NCBI GenBank assembly: GCA_963741945.1
Contig: CAVUKA010000001.1
Span: 256,001 to 320,000 of the forward strand
Length of the DNA stretch: 64,000 nt
Direction: 5' to 3'
Source: an uncultured Gemmatimonadales bacterium
Lineage (GTDB): Bacteria; Gemmatimonadota; Gemmatimonadetes; Longimicrobiales; RSA9
Shown here: positions 1-9,704 of the stretch, in pieces
Position numbering within the stretch: position 1 is the stretch's first letter
Layout: each line of letters starts with the position of its first letter
Made by a program: the position numbers and the translations under genes
Notes under the pieces: model-generated
Database searches by the model: none
Seen by the model: only the letters and a program-made list of their open reading frames with translations
Told to the model about the DNA's origin: nothing

Positions 1-767
1 CGCACGATGTTCGGCTCCGGTCCGAGCCCGGCCATCTCGCCGGCCAGCCGGATCGCCGCATCCCGGTTCCCCAGGCGGTCCACCAGCCCCAGTTCCATGG
101 CCTCACGCCCCGAGAAGATCCGGCCATCCGCCAGTGGCCGAACCTGGCCGACCGGCATGCCCCGGGACTCGGCCACCGCCTCGATGAACTGCGCGTGGAC
201 ATCCTCGAGCATCCGGTTCAGGATCGCCCTCTCCTCCGGATCCATCTCCCGGAACGGCGAGCCCATGTCCTTCTGAGCGCCCGCCTTGACCACTTCCATC
301 CGGACGCCGACCCTGTCCATCAGGCCACCCACGTTCGGGTACTCCATGATGACGCCGATCGAGCCCGTGATGCTGCCGGGCAGGGCCAGGATCGAGTCCG
401 CGCCCAGGGCCACGTAGTAGCCACCCGACGCGCCCACCCCGCCGATCGATGCCACCACCGGCTGCCCATCCTCGTTCCGCAGGCTGCGGAGCCGGTCGTA
501 GATGCTCTGCGACGGCGCCACCACCCCACCCGGACTGTTGATCTCCACCACCCACCCCCGAACGGAGCGGTCCCTGCGCAGCCGCCGCACGTCGTCCAGG
601 AACTGGCTGTCTCCCCCGATCGCGCCCCGCACTTCCAGGAGCGCGATACGACCGCCCAGCCCGAAACTGCCACCGGCCGCACGGTAGACCGCGAGCACCA
701 GGCCGGTCACCGTCATCAGAGACAGGACCGTCACGAGGAGCGTCGTGCTCAGAGAGCGCCGGGACAC
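1..767 (-). CDS. sppA: Signal peptide peptidase SppA (36K type, S49); 3' end runs off the window
   Basis: Not in the ORF track. Manual translation from GTG 767 gives an N-terminal TM, INSPGG, GASGGYYVA, PGSITGSIGVI, KAGAQKDMGSPFR and DGRIFSG..A.ELGLVD.LG. Confidence 0.9.
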   Translation of the reverse strand, partial: MSRRSLSTTLLVTVLSLMTVTGLVLAVYRAAGGSFGLGGRIALLEVRGAIGGDSQFLDDVRRLRRDRSVRGWVVEINSPGGVVAPSQSIYDRLRSLRNEDGQPVVASIGGVGASGGYYVALGADSILALPGSITGSIGVIMEYPNVGGLMDRVGVRMEVVKAGAQKDMGSPFREMDPEERAILNRMLEDVHAQFIEAVAESRGMPVGQVRPLADGRIFSGREAMELGLVDRLGNRDAAIRLAGEMAGLGPEPNIV

Positions 768-842
768 GCCAAACCGCCGCCAATCAAGAAGTTAGGTCGG
801 GAGAACGCGACGCAGAACCTTAATGTGCCCGAGTCTCGCAAG

Positions 843-1970
843 TCAAGACTCTCCTCGCACTTGCGCCATTCCCGAAAGGAATCGGTCGAACAGATATCGC
901 GAATCGTGCGGCCCGGGCGCCGCTTCCGGGTGGTACTGAACGCTGAACACGGGCAGGTCCCGGTGCTCCATCCCCTCCACCGTACCGTCGTTCAGGTTCA
1001 CGTGCGTGACCCGCAGCGCGGGCGCACCCTCGATGGCGTCGCCGGCCCCGGAGCGCACCGCGAAGCCGTGGTTCTGCGCAGTGATCTCCACGGCGCCATC
1101 GCTCAATCGGCGCACCGGGTGGTTCCCCGCGCGGTGGCCATAGAGGAGCTTGTACGTACTGCCTCCGAACGCGCGGGCGATCAGCTGGTGCCCCAGACAG
1201 ATGCCGAACACCGGGATGCCGCGCTCGGCTGCGCCCCGGATCGTGGTCAGCGCGTGGGCCACTGCTTCGGGATCTCCCGGGCCGTTGGAGACGAACAGCC
1301 CATCCAGCCCCGAGTCCAGCACCTCCTCCGGCAACGCGCCGCGGGGCACCGTCCGGACCCGGCACCCCCGCTCGGCCAGCAGTCGCGGGGAATGCCGCTT
1401 GATACCGAAATCGTACGCCACCACCAGGAACCGCTCCGGCCCCTCCGGCGCGACGTCGTACGGCCGGGGCGTCGAAACCTGGCCCGTGAGGTCCAGCCCC
1501 TCCATGCGTGGATGGGCCTCGATCCGTTCCCGCAGTGCCGACTCGGGCAGCTCCCGGGACGCGATCCCCGCTCGCATGGCGCCACGTGAGCGGATGTGGC
1601 GGGTGAGCGCCCGCGTGTCCACTTCCGTCAGGACCGCGACGCCGCTCCGTCGCAGGTATGCATCCAGCGAGCCTTCCCCCCGCCAGCCGGTGAACGCGGG
1701 CGACAGCTCCCGGACCACGAACCCGGCCACCTGGGGGCGTGAGGACTCCTCGTCGGCACCCGCGACCCCGTAGTTCCCGATGAGCGGGTAGGTCATGGTG
1801 ACGATCTGGCCGGCATAGGACGGATCCGTCAGGATCTCCTGATAGCCGGTCATCGACGTGTTGAACACCACTTCGCCCAGCGCCACGCGGCGGGCGCCGG
1901 CGAGCTCGCCCTCGAAGACGCGGCCGTCCTCGAGGAGCAGGTATCCGGGATCGGTGTGGGCCAGGGACAT
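843..1970 (-). CDS. carA: Carbamoyl-phosphate synthase small subunit
   Basis: GEVVFNTSMTGYQEILTDPSY, SNGPGDP, GICLGHQ, QNHGFAV, SVQYHPEAAPGPHD. Confidence 0.98.
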   Translation of the reverse strand: MSLAHTDPGYLLLEDGRVFEGELAGARRVALGEVVFNTSMTGYQEILTDPSYAGQIVTMTYPLIGNYGVAGADEESSRPQVAGFVVRELSPAFTGWRGEGSLDAYLRRSGVAVLTEVDTRALTRHIRSRGAMRAGIASRELPESALRERIEAHPRMEGLDLTGQVSTPRPYDVAPEGPERFLVVAYDFGIKRHSPRLLAERGCRVRTVPRGALPEEVLDSGLDGLFVSNGPGDPEAVAHALTTIRGAAERGIPVFGICLGHQLIARAFGGSTYKLLYGHRAGNHPVRRLSDGAVEITAQNHGFAVRSGAGDAIEGAPALRVTHVNLNDGTVEGMEHRDLPVFSVQYHPEAAPGPHDSRYLFDRFLSGMAQVRGES

Positions 1971-1979
1971 GGCGGACCG

Positions 1980-2062
1980 ATGATAGCGGGGCTCCGGCCG
2001 GCGGGCCAGGGCGCCACCACCCCGCCGCGGCGGTTTCTGGACTGCCTCGTTCCTGCTACCTT
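1980..2062. promoter_or_regulatory. Divergent -10 boxes for carA (TATCAT, minus 1980-1985) and rnhA (TGcTACCTT, plus 2054-2062)
   Basis: Each TAnnnT hexamer is 9 nt from its ATG; no Shine-Dalgarno in between. Confidence 0.55.
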
Positions 2063-2071
2063 CCTCGCCCC

Positions 2072-2689
2072 ATGAGCCGATCCCAAGCAGGCGCGCAGCC
2101 CCTGGTCCACATCTACGCGGACGAATCCTGTCTCGGCATCCAGTTCACCGATCGGGACTCTCCCGGCGGCGCGGCCGGGCTGATCGAGCACTGGACTGCA
2201 GGGGCGTGGGTGCGTCGGGACTACTGGATCAGCGAGCCCGCAACCACCAACAACCGGATGGCCATCCGCAGCGCCACCGAGGGGCTGGTGCTGTTGAAGC
2301 GCCCGTGTCGCGTCATCTTCACGTCCGACTCCCAGTACCTGATCAAGGGAATGCGCGAGTGGATCGCCGGGTGGGTGCGACGCGGCTGGCAGCGCAAGAC
2401 CGGACCCGTCGAGAACGCCGATCTATGGAAAGTCCTCCTCCGCGTGGCGCAGCGCCACCAGGTGGACTGGCGCTGGGTCCGCGGCCACGCGGGGCATCCG
2501 CAGAACGAGTACGTCGACGACCTGGCCGTCCGCGCCGCGAAGCAGCAGGACCGCTCGGGCGGCCTGGTGGATTCCGGCTTCGGGGAATGGCTCGAGGACA
2601 AGCGCGAGAAAAGCGAAGCCTACCTGGATTTCTTCGAGTTCCAGCCACCGCCGGACGACGAGCCGTTCGACCCGGTGCCGACTCCCTGA
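2072..2689 (+). CDS. rnhA: Ribonuclease HI
   Basis: IYADESCLG, TTNNRM, SDSQYLIKG..EW..GW..RGW, VENADLW, WVRGHAGHPQNEYVD. The Glu of the usual NNRME motif is replaced by Ala. Confidence 0.9.
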   Translation: MSRSQAGAQPLVHIYADESCLGIQFTDRDSPGGAAGLIEHWTAGAWVRRDYWISEPATTNNRMAIRSATEGLVLLKRPCRVIFTSDSQYLIKGMREWIAGWVRRGWQRKTGPVENADLWKVLLRVAQRHQVDWRWVRGHAGHPQNEYVDDLAVRAAKQQDRSGGLVDSGFGEWLEDKREKSEAYLDFFEFQPPPDDEPFDPVPTP

Positions 2690-2713
2690 TCCGTGCCCGG
2701 CCGACCGCCGCCG

Positions 2714-3406
2714 CTACGCGGCCAGGCGCCGATCGAACACCACTGCCATCGCATCCACCACCGCGTCTTCGACCTCCCGCATTTCCACTGCGGATCCGAG
2801 GGCACGGCTCATGGAGGTGACACCATGGTCGCGGATCCCGCAGGGGATGATCGCGTCGAAGAACGCCAGGTCCGTGGTCACGTTCAGCGCGAAGCCGTGT
2901 GACGTGATCCAACCGCTGGAGACCCGTACGCCGATCGCCGCCAGCTTCTCCTCCCCCACCCAGACCCCCGTCAGCCCCTCCTTGCGTCCGGCCCCGATGC
3001 CGAACGTGGCCATGGCCATCATCAGGGCTTCCTCGAGATCACGGACATAGCGGTGCAGGTCCTTGCGGTCCGGCTTCAGGTCCAGGATCGGATAGCCCAC
3101 CAGCTGCCCCGGGCCATGGTACGTTACATCCCCGCCACGGCCCGTCTCGAACAGCTCGATCCCCATCAGCCTGCGCTCGGACGCGTCCAGGATCACGTGA
3201 TTCGCATCCGCAGCGGTCCCCAGCGTGATCACGTGCGGGTGCTCCAGCAGGAGCAGCTGGTCGGGGACCGCCCCCGCTCGCCGCTCCGAAACCAGCCGTT
3301 CCTGCAGCCCGAGACCATCCGCGTACGACAGGAGCCCGAGACGCCGGACTTCCAGCGTCCGCGCCCCGGAGCGAGCCCTAGGCCGCTTCCTCGGGGAACG
3401 TTTCAA
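2714..3406 (-). CDS. lipB: Lipoyl(octanoyl) transferase
   Basis: LLEHPHVITLG, RGGDVTYHGPGQLVGYPI, KLAAIG, SHGFALNV, IPCG. Confidence 0.96.
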   Translation of the reverse strand: MKRSPRKRPRARSGARTLEVRRLGLLSYADGLGLQERLVSERRAGAVPDQLLLLEHPHVITLGTAADANHVILDASERRLMGIELFETGRGGDVTYHGPGQLVGYPILDLKPDRKDLHRYVRDLEEALMMAMATFGIGAGRKEGLTGVWVGEEKLAAIGVRVSSGWITSHGFALNVTTDLAFFDAIIPCGIRDHGVTSMSRALGSAVEMREVEDAVVDAMAVVFDRRLAA

Positions 3407-4781
3407 GGATCTCCTTCAGCCGCGCGAGGAAGCGCGCGGCATCCGCGCCGTCCACGATCCGATGGTCATAGCCCAGGGAGAACATGCAGCGGAGACGGAT
3501 CGCGATGGTGTCGGCTCCGTCCAACTCCACCACGACCGGCCGCTTCTCGATGCTCCCCGTACCCAGGATCGCCGCCGTCCCTTCCGGGATGATCGGCATC
3601 CCCACATACGTGCCCAGCACCCCCGGGTTCGTGATCGAGAACGTAGCGCCCTGGATCTCGTCCGGCTTCAGCTTCCGGTCCCGGGCGCGCCCGGCGAGGT
3701 CGCTGATGCGCTTCGCGATTCCCACCAGCGTGAGGTCTTCCGCGTCCCGCAGCACCGGCACGATCAGTCCGGGATTCAGGTCCACCGCGATCCCGATGTT
3801 GATGTTGCCGCGGAAGATCAGGTTCTCCCCCGAAACGGTGCCGTTGACCTGCGGGAACTCCCGCAGCGCCTTGGCCACGCCCCATGCCACGAAAGCGGTG
3901 AAGCTGACCTTGTTCCCTTCCTCGGTCCACTTCGCCTTGTTCGCCTTCCGGATCCGGTCGATCCGGGTGAAATCCACTTCGATGAACGAGTGGACGTGCG
4001 GCGCCACCCGCTTCGCCAGAACCATGTGGTCGGCCGTGAGGCGACGGATCCGGTCCATCTTCTCCACACGGTCGCCTTCCCGCACCGGCCACTCCGGATG
4101 CTGGACCTCGCCGTAGAACCGGCGCCACAGCTCGTCCGCCCCGATCGCCCCACCCGCTGGCGCCTTGCTGGCCGCCGCCGCCGGCTTCGAGGGCGCCGCT
4201 TCCGCCGCCGGTGCCTGCCCGCGTCGGTCCAGGAAGCTCAGCACGTCCTGCTTGGTCACCCGGCCCGCCCGACCCGAGCCCTCCACCTGCGAGAGGTCCA
4301 CGTCGTGCTCCGCCGCGATTCGCCGGACCAGCGGCGTCGAGCGCTGCCGCAGCCGCTCCTCCGCCGTCTCCTCGCCACCGCCGTCGCCCGATGGAGCCGC
4401 CACGGCCGGCTCTCGCTTCGGCTTCGCTGGCGCCGCTTCGCCGGCCTCGCCCGTACCCGTCTCCGGCGCCTCTTCCGCTTCCGCCGCCGCAGCGGCAGGC
4501 TTCTCCGCCTTCCCTTTGCCCGCGCCGGCGTCCGCGCCTCCCTCCGTGTCGATGAACGCGACGACAGTCCCGACTTCCACCGTCTCGCCTTCCTCCACCT
4601 GGATGTCCACCAGCGTTCCCGCCGATGGAGCCGGGATCTCGGCGTCCACCTTGTCCGTGGAGATCTCCAGGATCGGCTCGTCACGCTCGACGGCATCTCC
4701 AGGCTGCTTCAGCCAGCGGGAGACGGTGCCCTCGGCGATGGACTCGCCCATCTGCGGCATCGGGACTTCGATCTTCGGCAT
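3378..4781 (-). CDS. 2-oxoacid dehydrogenase E2, dihydrolipoamide acyltransferase (one lipoyl domain)
   Basis: Lipoyl motif EISTDKVDAEI, E3-binding TPLVRRIAAEH..GSGRAGRVTK.D, catalytic DHRIVDG. Confidence 0.95.
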   Translation of the reverse strand: MPKIEVPMPQMGESIAEGTVSRWLKQPGDAVERDEPILEISTDKVDAEIPAPSAGTLVDIQVEEGETVEVGTVVAFIDTEGGADAGAGKGKAEKPAAAAAEAEEAPETGTGEAGEAAPAKPKREPAVAAPSGDGGGEETAEERLRQRSTPLVRRIAAEHDVDLSQVEGSGRAGRVTKQDVLSFLDRRGQAPAAEAAPSKPAAAASKAPAGGAIGADELWRRFYGEVQHPEWPVREGDRVEKMDRIRRLTADHMVLAKRVAPHVHSFIEVDFTRIDRIRKANKAKWTEEGNKVSFTAFVAWGVAKALREFPQVNGTVSGENLIFRGNINIGIAVDLNPGLIVPVLRDAEDLTLVGIAKRISDLAGRARDRKLKPDEIQGATFSITNPGVLGTYVGMPIIPEGTAAILGTGSIEKRPVVVELDGADTIAIRLRCMFSLGYDHRIVDGADAARFLARLKEILETFPEEAA

Positions 4782-4902
4782 CGTGGATTCCGTTTCGCAG
4801 TTCTCGTCGACTATCCCTCACCGCTGGTCCTCGACCGCCAGCGGCCCCGCTTGCAGTCAGTGCCCCCGCTGCGCCGGTCGGCGGCAACGGTTCCCGCTCG
4901 CC

Positions 4903-6024
4903 TCAGTATCCGGCAAGGTACTTTCCCGCCGTCACGATATCCTCCACGCCCGGGAGGAAGTAGTCCTCCAGCGGCGGAGCGTACGGCACGGGCGTATCGA
5001 GCGCCGTCACCCGGAGCACGGGAGCGTCCAGCCATTCGAACGCCTTTTCGCTGACGCGCATGGCGATCTCGCCCGCGATGCCCCCCGTGCGCGTGTCCTC
5101 GTGCACGACCAGGATCCTGTTGGTCTTCTTCACGCTGGCAATGATGGAATCCTCGTCCATGGGCAGCAGCGTCCGCAGATCGATGATCTCGACCTCGATG
5201 CCTGCTTCTGCCAGCCGATCGGCCGCCTTCTGGCTCTCGTGAACCATGTTGCCGTACGTGACGATGGTCAGGTCGGACCCTTCTCTGTGGATCCTCGCCT
5301 CGCCCAGCGGCACCACGTAATCCTCCGCCGGAAGCACCTCACGCAGGAACGGGGCCCGGTACAGCTTCTTGTGCTCGAAGAAGAGGACGGGATCGTCGTC
5401 GCGTACGGCGGCTTTCAGCAGCCCCTTCGCGTCCCGGGCCGTGCACGGATAGACGATCTTCAGTCCTGGCGTGTGGAAGAACGCCATCTCGGGATTCTGG
5501 GAGTGGAACGGGCCACCCCGGACGCCGCCGCCCACGGGTCCGCGGATCACCATCGGCAGAGGGCCCGCCTTCCGCCACCTGGCCGTGGCCACGTAGTTCG
5601 TGAGCGGCTCGTAGGCGCAGCTCACGAAGTCCATGAACTGCATCTCCACCACCGGACGCAGGCCCATGTGCGCCGCGCCGGCGGCGGCACCGGTGAAGCC
5701 GGCCTCACTGATCGGTGTGTCCACCACGCGCGCGTCCCCGAAAAATTCCAGGAAGCCATCGGTCATCTTGAACGCGCCACCGTAGACGCCAATGTCTTCT
5801 CCCAGGAGGAAGACCGCGGGATCGCGGACCATCTCCTCCCAGAGCGCCTCGCGGATCGCCTCGAGCATGGTGACCGGCTCGCCCCGCTCCGTCTGGCGGA
5901 CGTGGTCCGGCTTCTCCCGTGCTGAGCCGCTTGCCGGCGGCGATGTCGGGACTCCGCCGTCGTCGGCTGCGGACCTCTCCGGCACCGCCGCCGTGGTTCC
6001 CTTCCTGGAGCGGGCTTTCGCCAT
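4903..6024 (-). CDS. 2-oxoacid dehydrogenase E1 beta subunit
   Basis: GEDIGVYGGAFK, DTPISE, EMQFMDF, GPFHSQ, FFEHK, IDLRTL; ATG 6024 overlaps the E1a stop (TGATG). Confidence 0.95.
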   Translation of the reverse strand: MAKARSRKGTTAAVPERSAADDGGVPTSPPASGSAREKPDHVRQTERGEPVTMLEAIREALWEEMVRDPAVFLLGEDIGVYGGAFKMTDGFLEFFGDARVVDTPISEAGFTGAAAGAAHMGLRPVVEMQFMDFVSCAYEPLTNYVATARWRKAGPLPMVIRGPVGGGVRGGPFHSQNPEMAFFHTPGLKIVYPCTARDAKGLLKAAVRDDDPVLFFEHKKLYRAPFLREVLPAEDYVVPLGEARIHREGSDLTIVTYGNMVHESQKAADRLAEAGIEVEIIDLRTLLPMDEDSIIASVKKTNRILVVHEDTRTGGIAGEIAMRVSEKAFEWLDAPVLRVTALDTPVPYAPPLEDYFLPGVEDIVTAGKYLAGY

Positions 6025-7097
6025 CAGGCCTCGTGCGGATCCTGCGGTTCGCGTCGCGTCCACGGGATCCACCCCGGGACGTCGCCATACACACCCTCGA
6101 TCGCGGCAGCGGGCTCCGGCATCGGCGACGCTTCGGCCGCATCTCGCGCGGCATCCACTTCCGCTTTCGCCCGATCCCGGATCGCGGCCAGCTCGTCCTC
6201 GGTGGCACTGTCATGCTCCAGCAGCCACCGGTGGTAGCGGTCCACCGGGTCCCGAGCTTCCCACGCTTCCAGCTCCCCGGCCGGGACGTACTTCTGCGCA
6301 TCGTGCTCCGCGTGTCCCTTCCGGCGGTACGTCATCAGCTCCAGCAGCGCCGGCCCCGCGCCCGAGCGGGCATGACCGACCGCCCGTGCCGCGGCCGCGT
6401 GGACGGACAGCACATCGTTCCCGTCCACCTGCTCGCCTCGCACACCATAGCCGTCCGCTTTCTCCACGAACGACGCCGTGGCGGACTGCTTCCGCGTGGG
6501 CGTGGAGTAGGCGTAGCCGTTGTTCTCCACCACCACCACCAGGGGGAGCTGCTGCACCGCGGCAAGGTTCAGACCCTCGTGGAAGCCACCGGTCGACGTC
6601 ATCCCGTCGCCGCTGTACACCAGCGCTACCCGGTCCTCACCGCGCAGGCGGAACGACATCGCGACCCCGGCCATCACCCCCACCATCACGCCCAGATGGG
6701 AGATCAGCCCGAGGTGGCCCTTCGCCATGTCGGAGAAATGGACGTTCGTCTCACGGCCGCCCGTGGGGCCGCCGGCCTTCGCCATGTACTGCTTCATGAC
6801 GTCGGCCGCGTCCGCGCCCATCATCAGCATTGCCCCGAGGTCCCGGATGGCAGGAGACAGCACATCCCCCGTCCCGTCCGCTCGCCGACGCAATGCGTAG
6901 GCGGTCCCCACCGCCCCGGCTTCCTGGCCCAGGGAACGGTACAGACCGCCTATGACCTTGTTCTGCCTGTATAGATTGGTGAGCGCGGTCTCGACCTGGC
7001 GCGTCAGCTGCAGCCAGTAATACAGCTCCCGGAGCGATTCCCGCCCCAGCCCGGCCGCTCCGTCTTCTGACGCTCTCGACTCTCCCCGCTCCGCCAT
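6024..7097 (-). CDS. 2-oxoacid dehydrogenase E1 alpha subunit (TPP-dependent)
   Basis: GQEA, TPP motif GDG...ENN, VDGNDV, TYRRKGHAEHD; start is ATG 7097 or GTG 7112. Confidence 0.95.
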   Translation of the reverse strand: MAERGESRASEDGAAGLGRESLRELYYWLQLTRQVETALTNLYRQNKVIGGLYRSLGQEAGAVGTAYALRRRADGTGDVLSPAIRDLGAMLMMGADAADVMKQYMAKAGGPTGGRETNVHFSDMAKGHLGLISHLGVMVGVMAGVAMSFRLRGEDRVALVYSGDGMTSTGGFHEGLNLAAVQQLPLVVVVENNGYAYSTPTRKQSATASFVEKADGYGVRGEQVDGNDVLSVHAAAARAVGHARSGAGPALLELMTYRRKGHAEHDAQKYVPAGELEAWEARDPVDRYHRWLLEHDSATEDELAAIRDRAKAEVDAARDAAEASPMPEPAAAIEGVYGDVPGWIPWTRREPQDPHEA

Positions 7098-7115
7098 GCC
7101 CGCCGGCGCCACAGA

Positions 7116-7550
7116 CTACCCGCCCGACGGCGACCCGGTACCCTGCGGGCTCTGCTCCGCCGGGCTCCCCGGTTGCGTTTCGCCACCGTTCACCCCCGGC
7201 ACCACCCCGCCGCCACCAGCCGGCGCCTGCCCGGCACCCGGCACCAGAGGCTGCGGCGCCCCGGGCGCGGACTGCTGCTGCTGCTCGAACTCCTGCTGCA
7301 GCAACGGCGTGGGATTCTGCCGGCGGGTGGAAAGCACGGACAGCACAATGGCCAGGAACAGGAAGATCCCGCCCGTCACCCACGTGCTCTTCGTCAGCAC
7401 ACTGGCCGCCTGTCGGCTCCCCATGAACATGTCGGTGCTCGCGCCACCGCCCATCGCGGCCAGGCCGCCACCCTTACCGGATTGCAGCAGCACCACCACG
7501 ACGAGGAGCACCCCGTCGATCAGCAGGAACGAAAGAAGGATTCCGAACAC
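7116..7550 (-). CDS. secG: Preprotein translocase subunit SecG
   Basis: Two TMs, VLLQSGKGGGLAAMGGG, LTKST; located downstream of tpiA. Confidence 0.93.
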   Translation of the reverse strand: MFGILLSFLLIDGVLLVVVVLLQSGKGGGLAAMGGGASTDMFMGSRQAASVLTKSTWVTGGIFLFLAIVLSVLSTRRQNPTPLLQQEFEQQQQSAPGAPQPLVPGAGQAPAGGGGVVPGVNGGETQPGSPAEQSPQGTGSPSGG

Positions 7551-7591
7551 CGCGCTACTCGTCTGTCGATTGGTTGAGGATACAGCAGGTT

Positions 7592-7620
7592 AAGGTCGCC
7601 CGGTCGCGAGGCCGTGTCAA
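7592..7620 (-). promoter_or_regulatory. sigma70-type promoter for secG
   Basis: TTGACA-N17-GACCTT. Confidence 0.45.
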
Positions 7621-7649
7621 CCAGCCCACTCCCCGAAACCGGGCGGCCG

Positions 7650-8408
7650 TCACGCTGCCGCGATCTTGGCGAAGTCACGCGGATCCAGGCTCGCACCGCC
7701 CACCAGCACCCCGTCCACGTCCGACGCGCCCAGGAGCTCCGCCGCGTTGTCCGGCTTCACGGAGCCGCCGTAGAGGATCGGCACCCCGCCGGCCGGGTCC
7801 CCGATCCGCTCGCGCAGGCGGGCGCGCAGGATGGCGTGGGCGTCCGCGGCATCCTCGGGAGTGGCGGTCTCACCGGTCCCGATCGCCCAGACGGGCTCGT
7901 AGGCGAGGAGCATGCGGGCGACGGCGGCGGCGGCAACGGCGGCGAGCCCCGCCTCCAGCTGTCTCAGGATCACTTCCCGGACGCGCCCCGCGCGCCGCTC
8001 GTCGATGGTCTCGCCCACGCACAGTACCGGAGTGAGCCCCGCGGCCAGCGCCGCGGTGACCTTCTTCCCCGTCTCCTCGTCCGTCTCGCCGAAGACGTGG
8101 CGGCGCTCGGAGTGGCCGACCAGCGCGAAGCGGGCGCCCGCTTCCCGGGCCATGGGGCCGGAAATCTCGCCCGTGAACGCGCCCTGCGCCTCCCAGTGGA
8201 TGTTCTGGACGCCCAGCCCGATGGCGTGCTCGGCCAGGCCGTCGCGCACGGCTGTGATGGAGAGCGCGGGCGGGAAGAGGAGGATGGAGCGGTCGCTCGC
8301 GGGCGTGACCACCTGGGCGAACTCCCGGCAGAAGCGCCGCGCGGCGTCCGGCCCCTTGTGCATCTTCCAGTTGCCTGCGATCACGGGCTTCCTGATCGTA
8401 TCGGGCAT
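7650..8408 (-). CDS. tpiA: Triosephosphate isomerase
   Basis: IAGNWKM, GHSERR, AYEPVWAIGTG, YGGSV, LVGGASL; ATG overlaps the pgk stop. Confidence 0.98.
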   Translation of the reverse strand: MPDTIRKPVIAGNWKMHKGPDAARRFCREFAQVVTPASDRSILLFPPALSITAVRDGLAEHAIGLGVQNIHWEAQGAFTGEISGPMAREAGARFALVGHSERRHVFGETDEETGKKVTAALAAGLTPVLCVGETIDERRAGRVREVILRQLEAGLAAVAAAAVARMLLAYEPVWAIGTGETATPEDAADAHAILRARLRERIGDPAGGVPILYGGSVKPDNAAELLGASDVDGVLVGGASLDPRDFAKIAAA

Positions 8409-9619
8409 CACGCCTCCCTTTCGTCGAGGACGGCCACGCCCGGAAGCGTGCGGCCTTCCAGGAACTCCAGCGACGCGCCGCCGCCGGTGGAGACGTGCGT
8501 CATCCGCTCCTCCAATCCCGCCTCCCGGATGGCCGCCGCCGTATCGCCACCGCCGATGATGGATGTGGCCCCGGCGTGGGTGATGTCCGCTACCGCGCGT
8601 GCCACGCCCTCGGTTCCGCCGCGGAACGGCGCCAGCTCGAACATCCCCATGGGGCCGTTCCACACCACCGTGCGCACCCCCTCCAGGTCCCTGCGGAACG
8701 CGGACACGGAGTGCGGCCCGATGTCCAGGATCTTCCAGCCCGCGGGCACGTCCTCGCGCGCCACCGCCCGCGTGGGCGCGTCCGCCGACGGATCTTCGGC
8801 CACCACGCAGTCCACGGGGAGCCGGAGCTTCGCGCTGGCCCGCTCCAGCAGGTCGGCGGCCATCCCCACCCGGTCCTCCTCCACCAGCGATTCTCCGGTC
8901 TCCAGCCCCATGGCCCGGAAGAACGTGTTCGCCATGGCGCCGCCAATGAGCAGCCGGTCCACGCGCGGCAGCAGGTTCTCGATCACGTCGATCTTCCCCG
9001 AGATCTTCGCGCCTCCGAGAATCGCCACGAACGGCCGTTCCGGCGATTCCATGGCGGCCCCCAGGAAGCGCAGCTCCGCTTCCATGAGCAGTCCGGCCAC
9101 AGCCGGCTTCCCCTGCTTCTTCATCTGCTCCGCCACGCCCACCGTGGACGCGTGCGACCGGTGCGCCGTCCCGAAAGCGTCGTTCACGTACACCGTCCCG
9201 AGCCCGGCCATCTGCTCGGCCAGCGCCGGATCGTCCGTCTCCTCCCCGGGCAGGAAACGCGTGTTCTCCAGAACCAGGATCTCCCCGCCTTGCAGGCCGG
9301 CGGCCGCATCCCGCGCTTCCGCTCCCACGATGTCGGCGACGAACCGCACCGGCACATCCACCAGCTCGCCCAGCCGCTCCGCCATCGGCCGCAGCGACAT
9401 CGACTCCACCCACTTCCCCTTCGGGCGACCCGCGTGCGACATCAGCACCAGCGCCGCACCGCGCTCCAGCAGGTAGCGCAGCGTGGGCAGCGTCGCCGTG
9501 ATCCGCGTGTCGTCCGTCACACGCCCTTCCGACAGCGGCACGTTGTAGTCCACCCGTATGAGCACCCTGCCACCATCCAGGATGCGCGCCGGAAGATCCC
9601 TGATCGTTCGCTTCGTCAT
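8408..9619 (-). CDS. pgk: Phosphoglycerate kinase
   Basis: RVDYNVP, SHAGRP, LENTRF, NDAFGTAHR, WNGPMG, GGGDT, STGGGASLE. Confidence 0.98.
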   Translation of the reverse strand: MTKRTIRDLPARILDGGRVLIRVDYNVPLSEGRVTDDTRITATLPTLRYLLERGAALVLMSHAGRPKGKWVESMSLRPMAERLGELVDVPVRFVADIVGAEARDAAAGLQGGEILVLENTRFLPGEETDDPALAEQMAGLGTVYVNDAFGTAHRSHASTVGVAEQMKKQGKPAVAGLLMEAELRFLGAAMESPERPFVAILGGAKISGKIDVIENLLPRVDRLLIGGAMANTFFRAMGLETGESLVEEDRVGMAADLLERASAKLRLPVDCVVAEDPSADAPTRAVAREDVPAGWKILDIGPHSVSAFRRDLEGVRTVVWNGPMGMFELAPFRGGTEGVARAVADITHAGATSIIGGGDTAAAIREAGLEERMTHVSTGGGASLEFLEGRTLPGVAVLDEREA

Positions 9620-9637
9620 CCCCGTCCTCGAAGTGAA

Positions 9638-9669
9638 AGGAGCCACGGTCCCGCGGGACCGTGGCTCCT
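9638..9669. terminator. Perfect 32-bp palindrome; terminator-like or mRNA-stabilising hairpin just upstream of pgk
   Basis: AGGAGCCACGGTCCCG|CGGGACCGTGGCTCCT, followed by TTCACTT on the minus strand. Confidence 0.6.
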
Positions 9670-9704
9670 CGTCTCTTTCACTCGCTGTGCCGCCCCGGCC
9701 GCCC

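Noticed and set aside
7650-9413. 587-aa ORF suggesting a Pgk-Tpi fusion or programmed frameshift
   Set aside because: The part upstream of 8408 is an off-frame reading of pgk. tpiA has its own ATG overlapping the pgk stop, with an SD (GGAGG).
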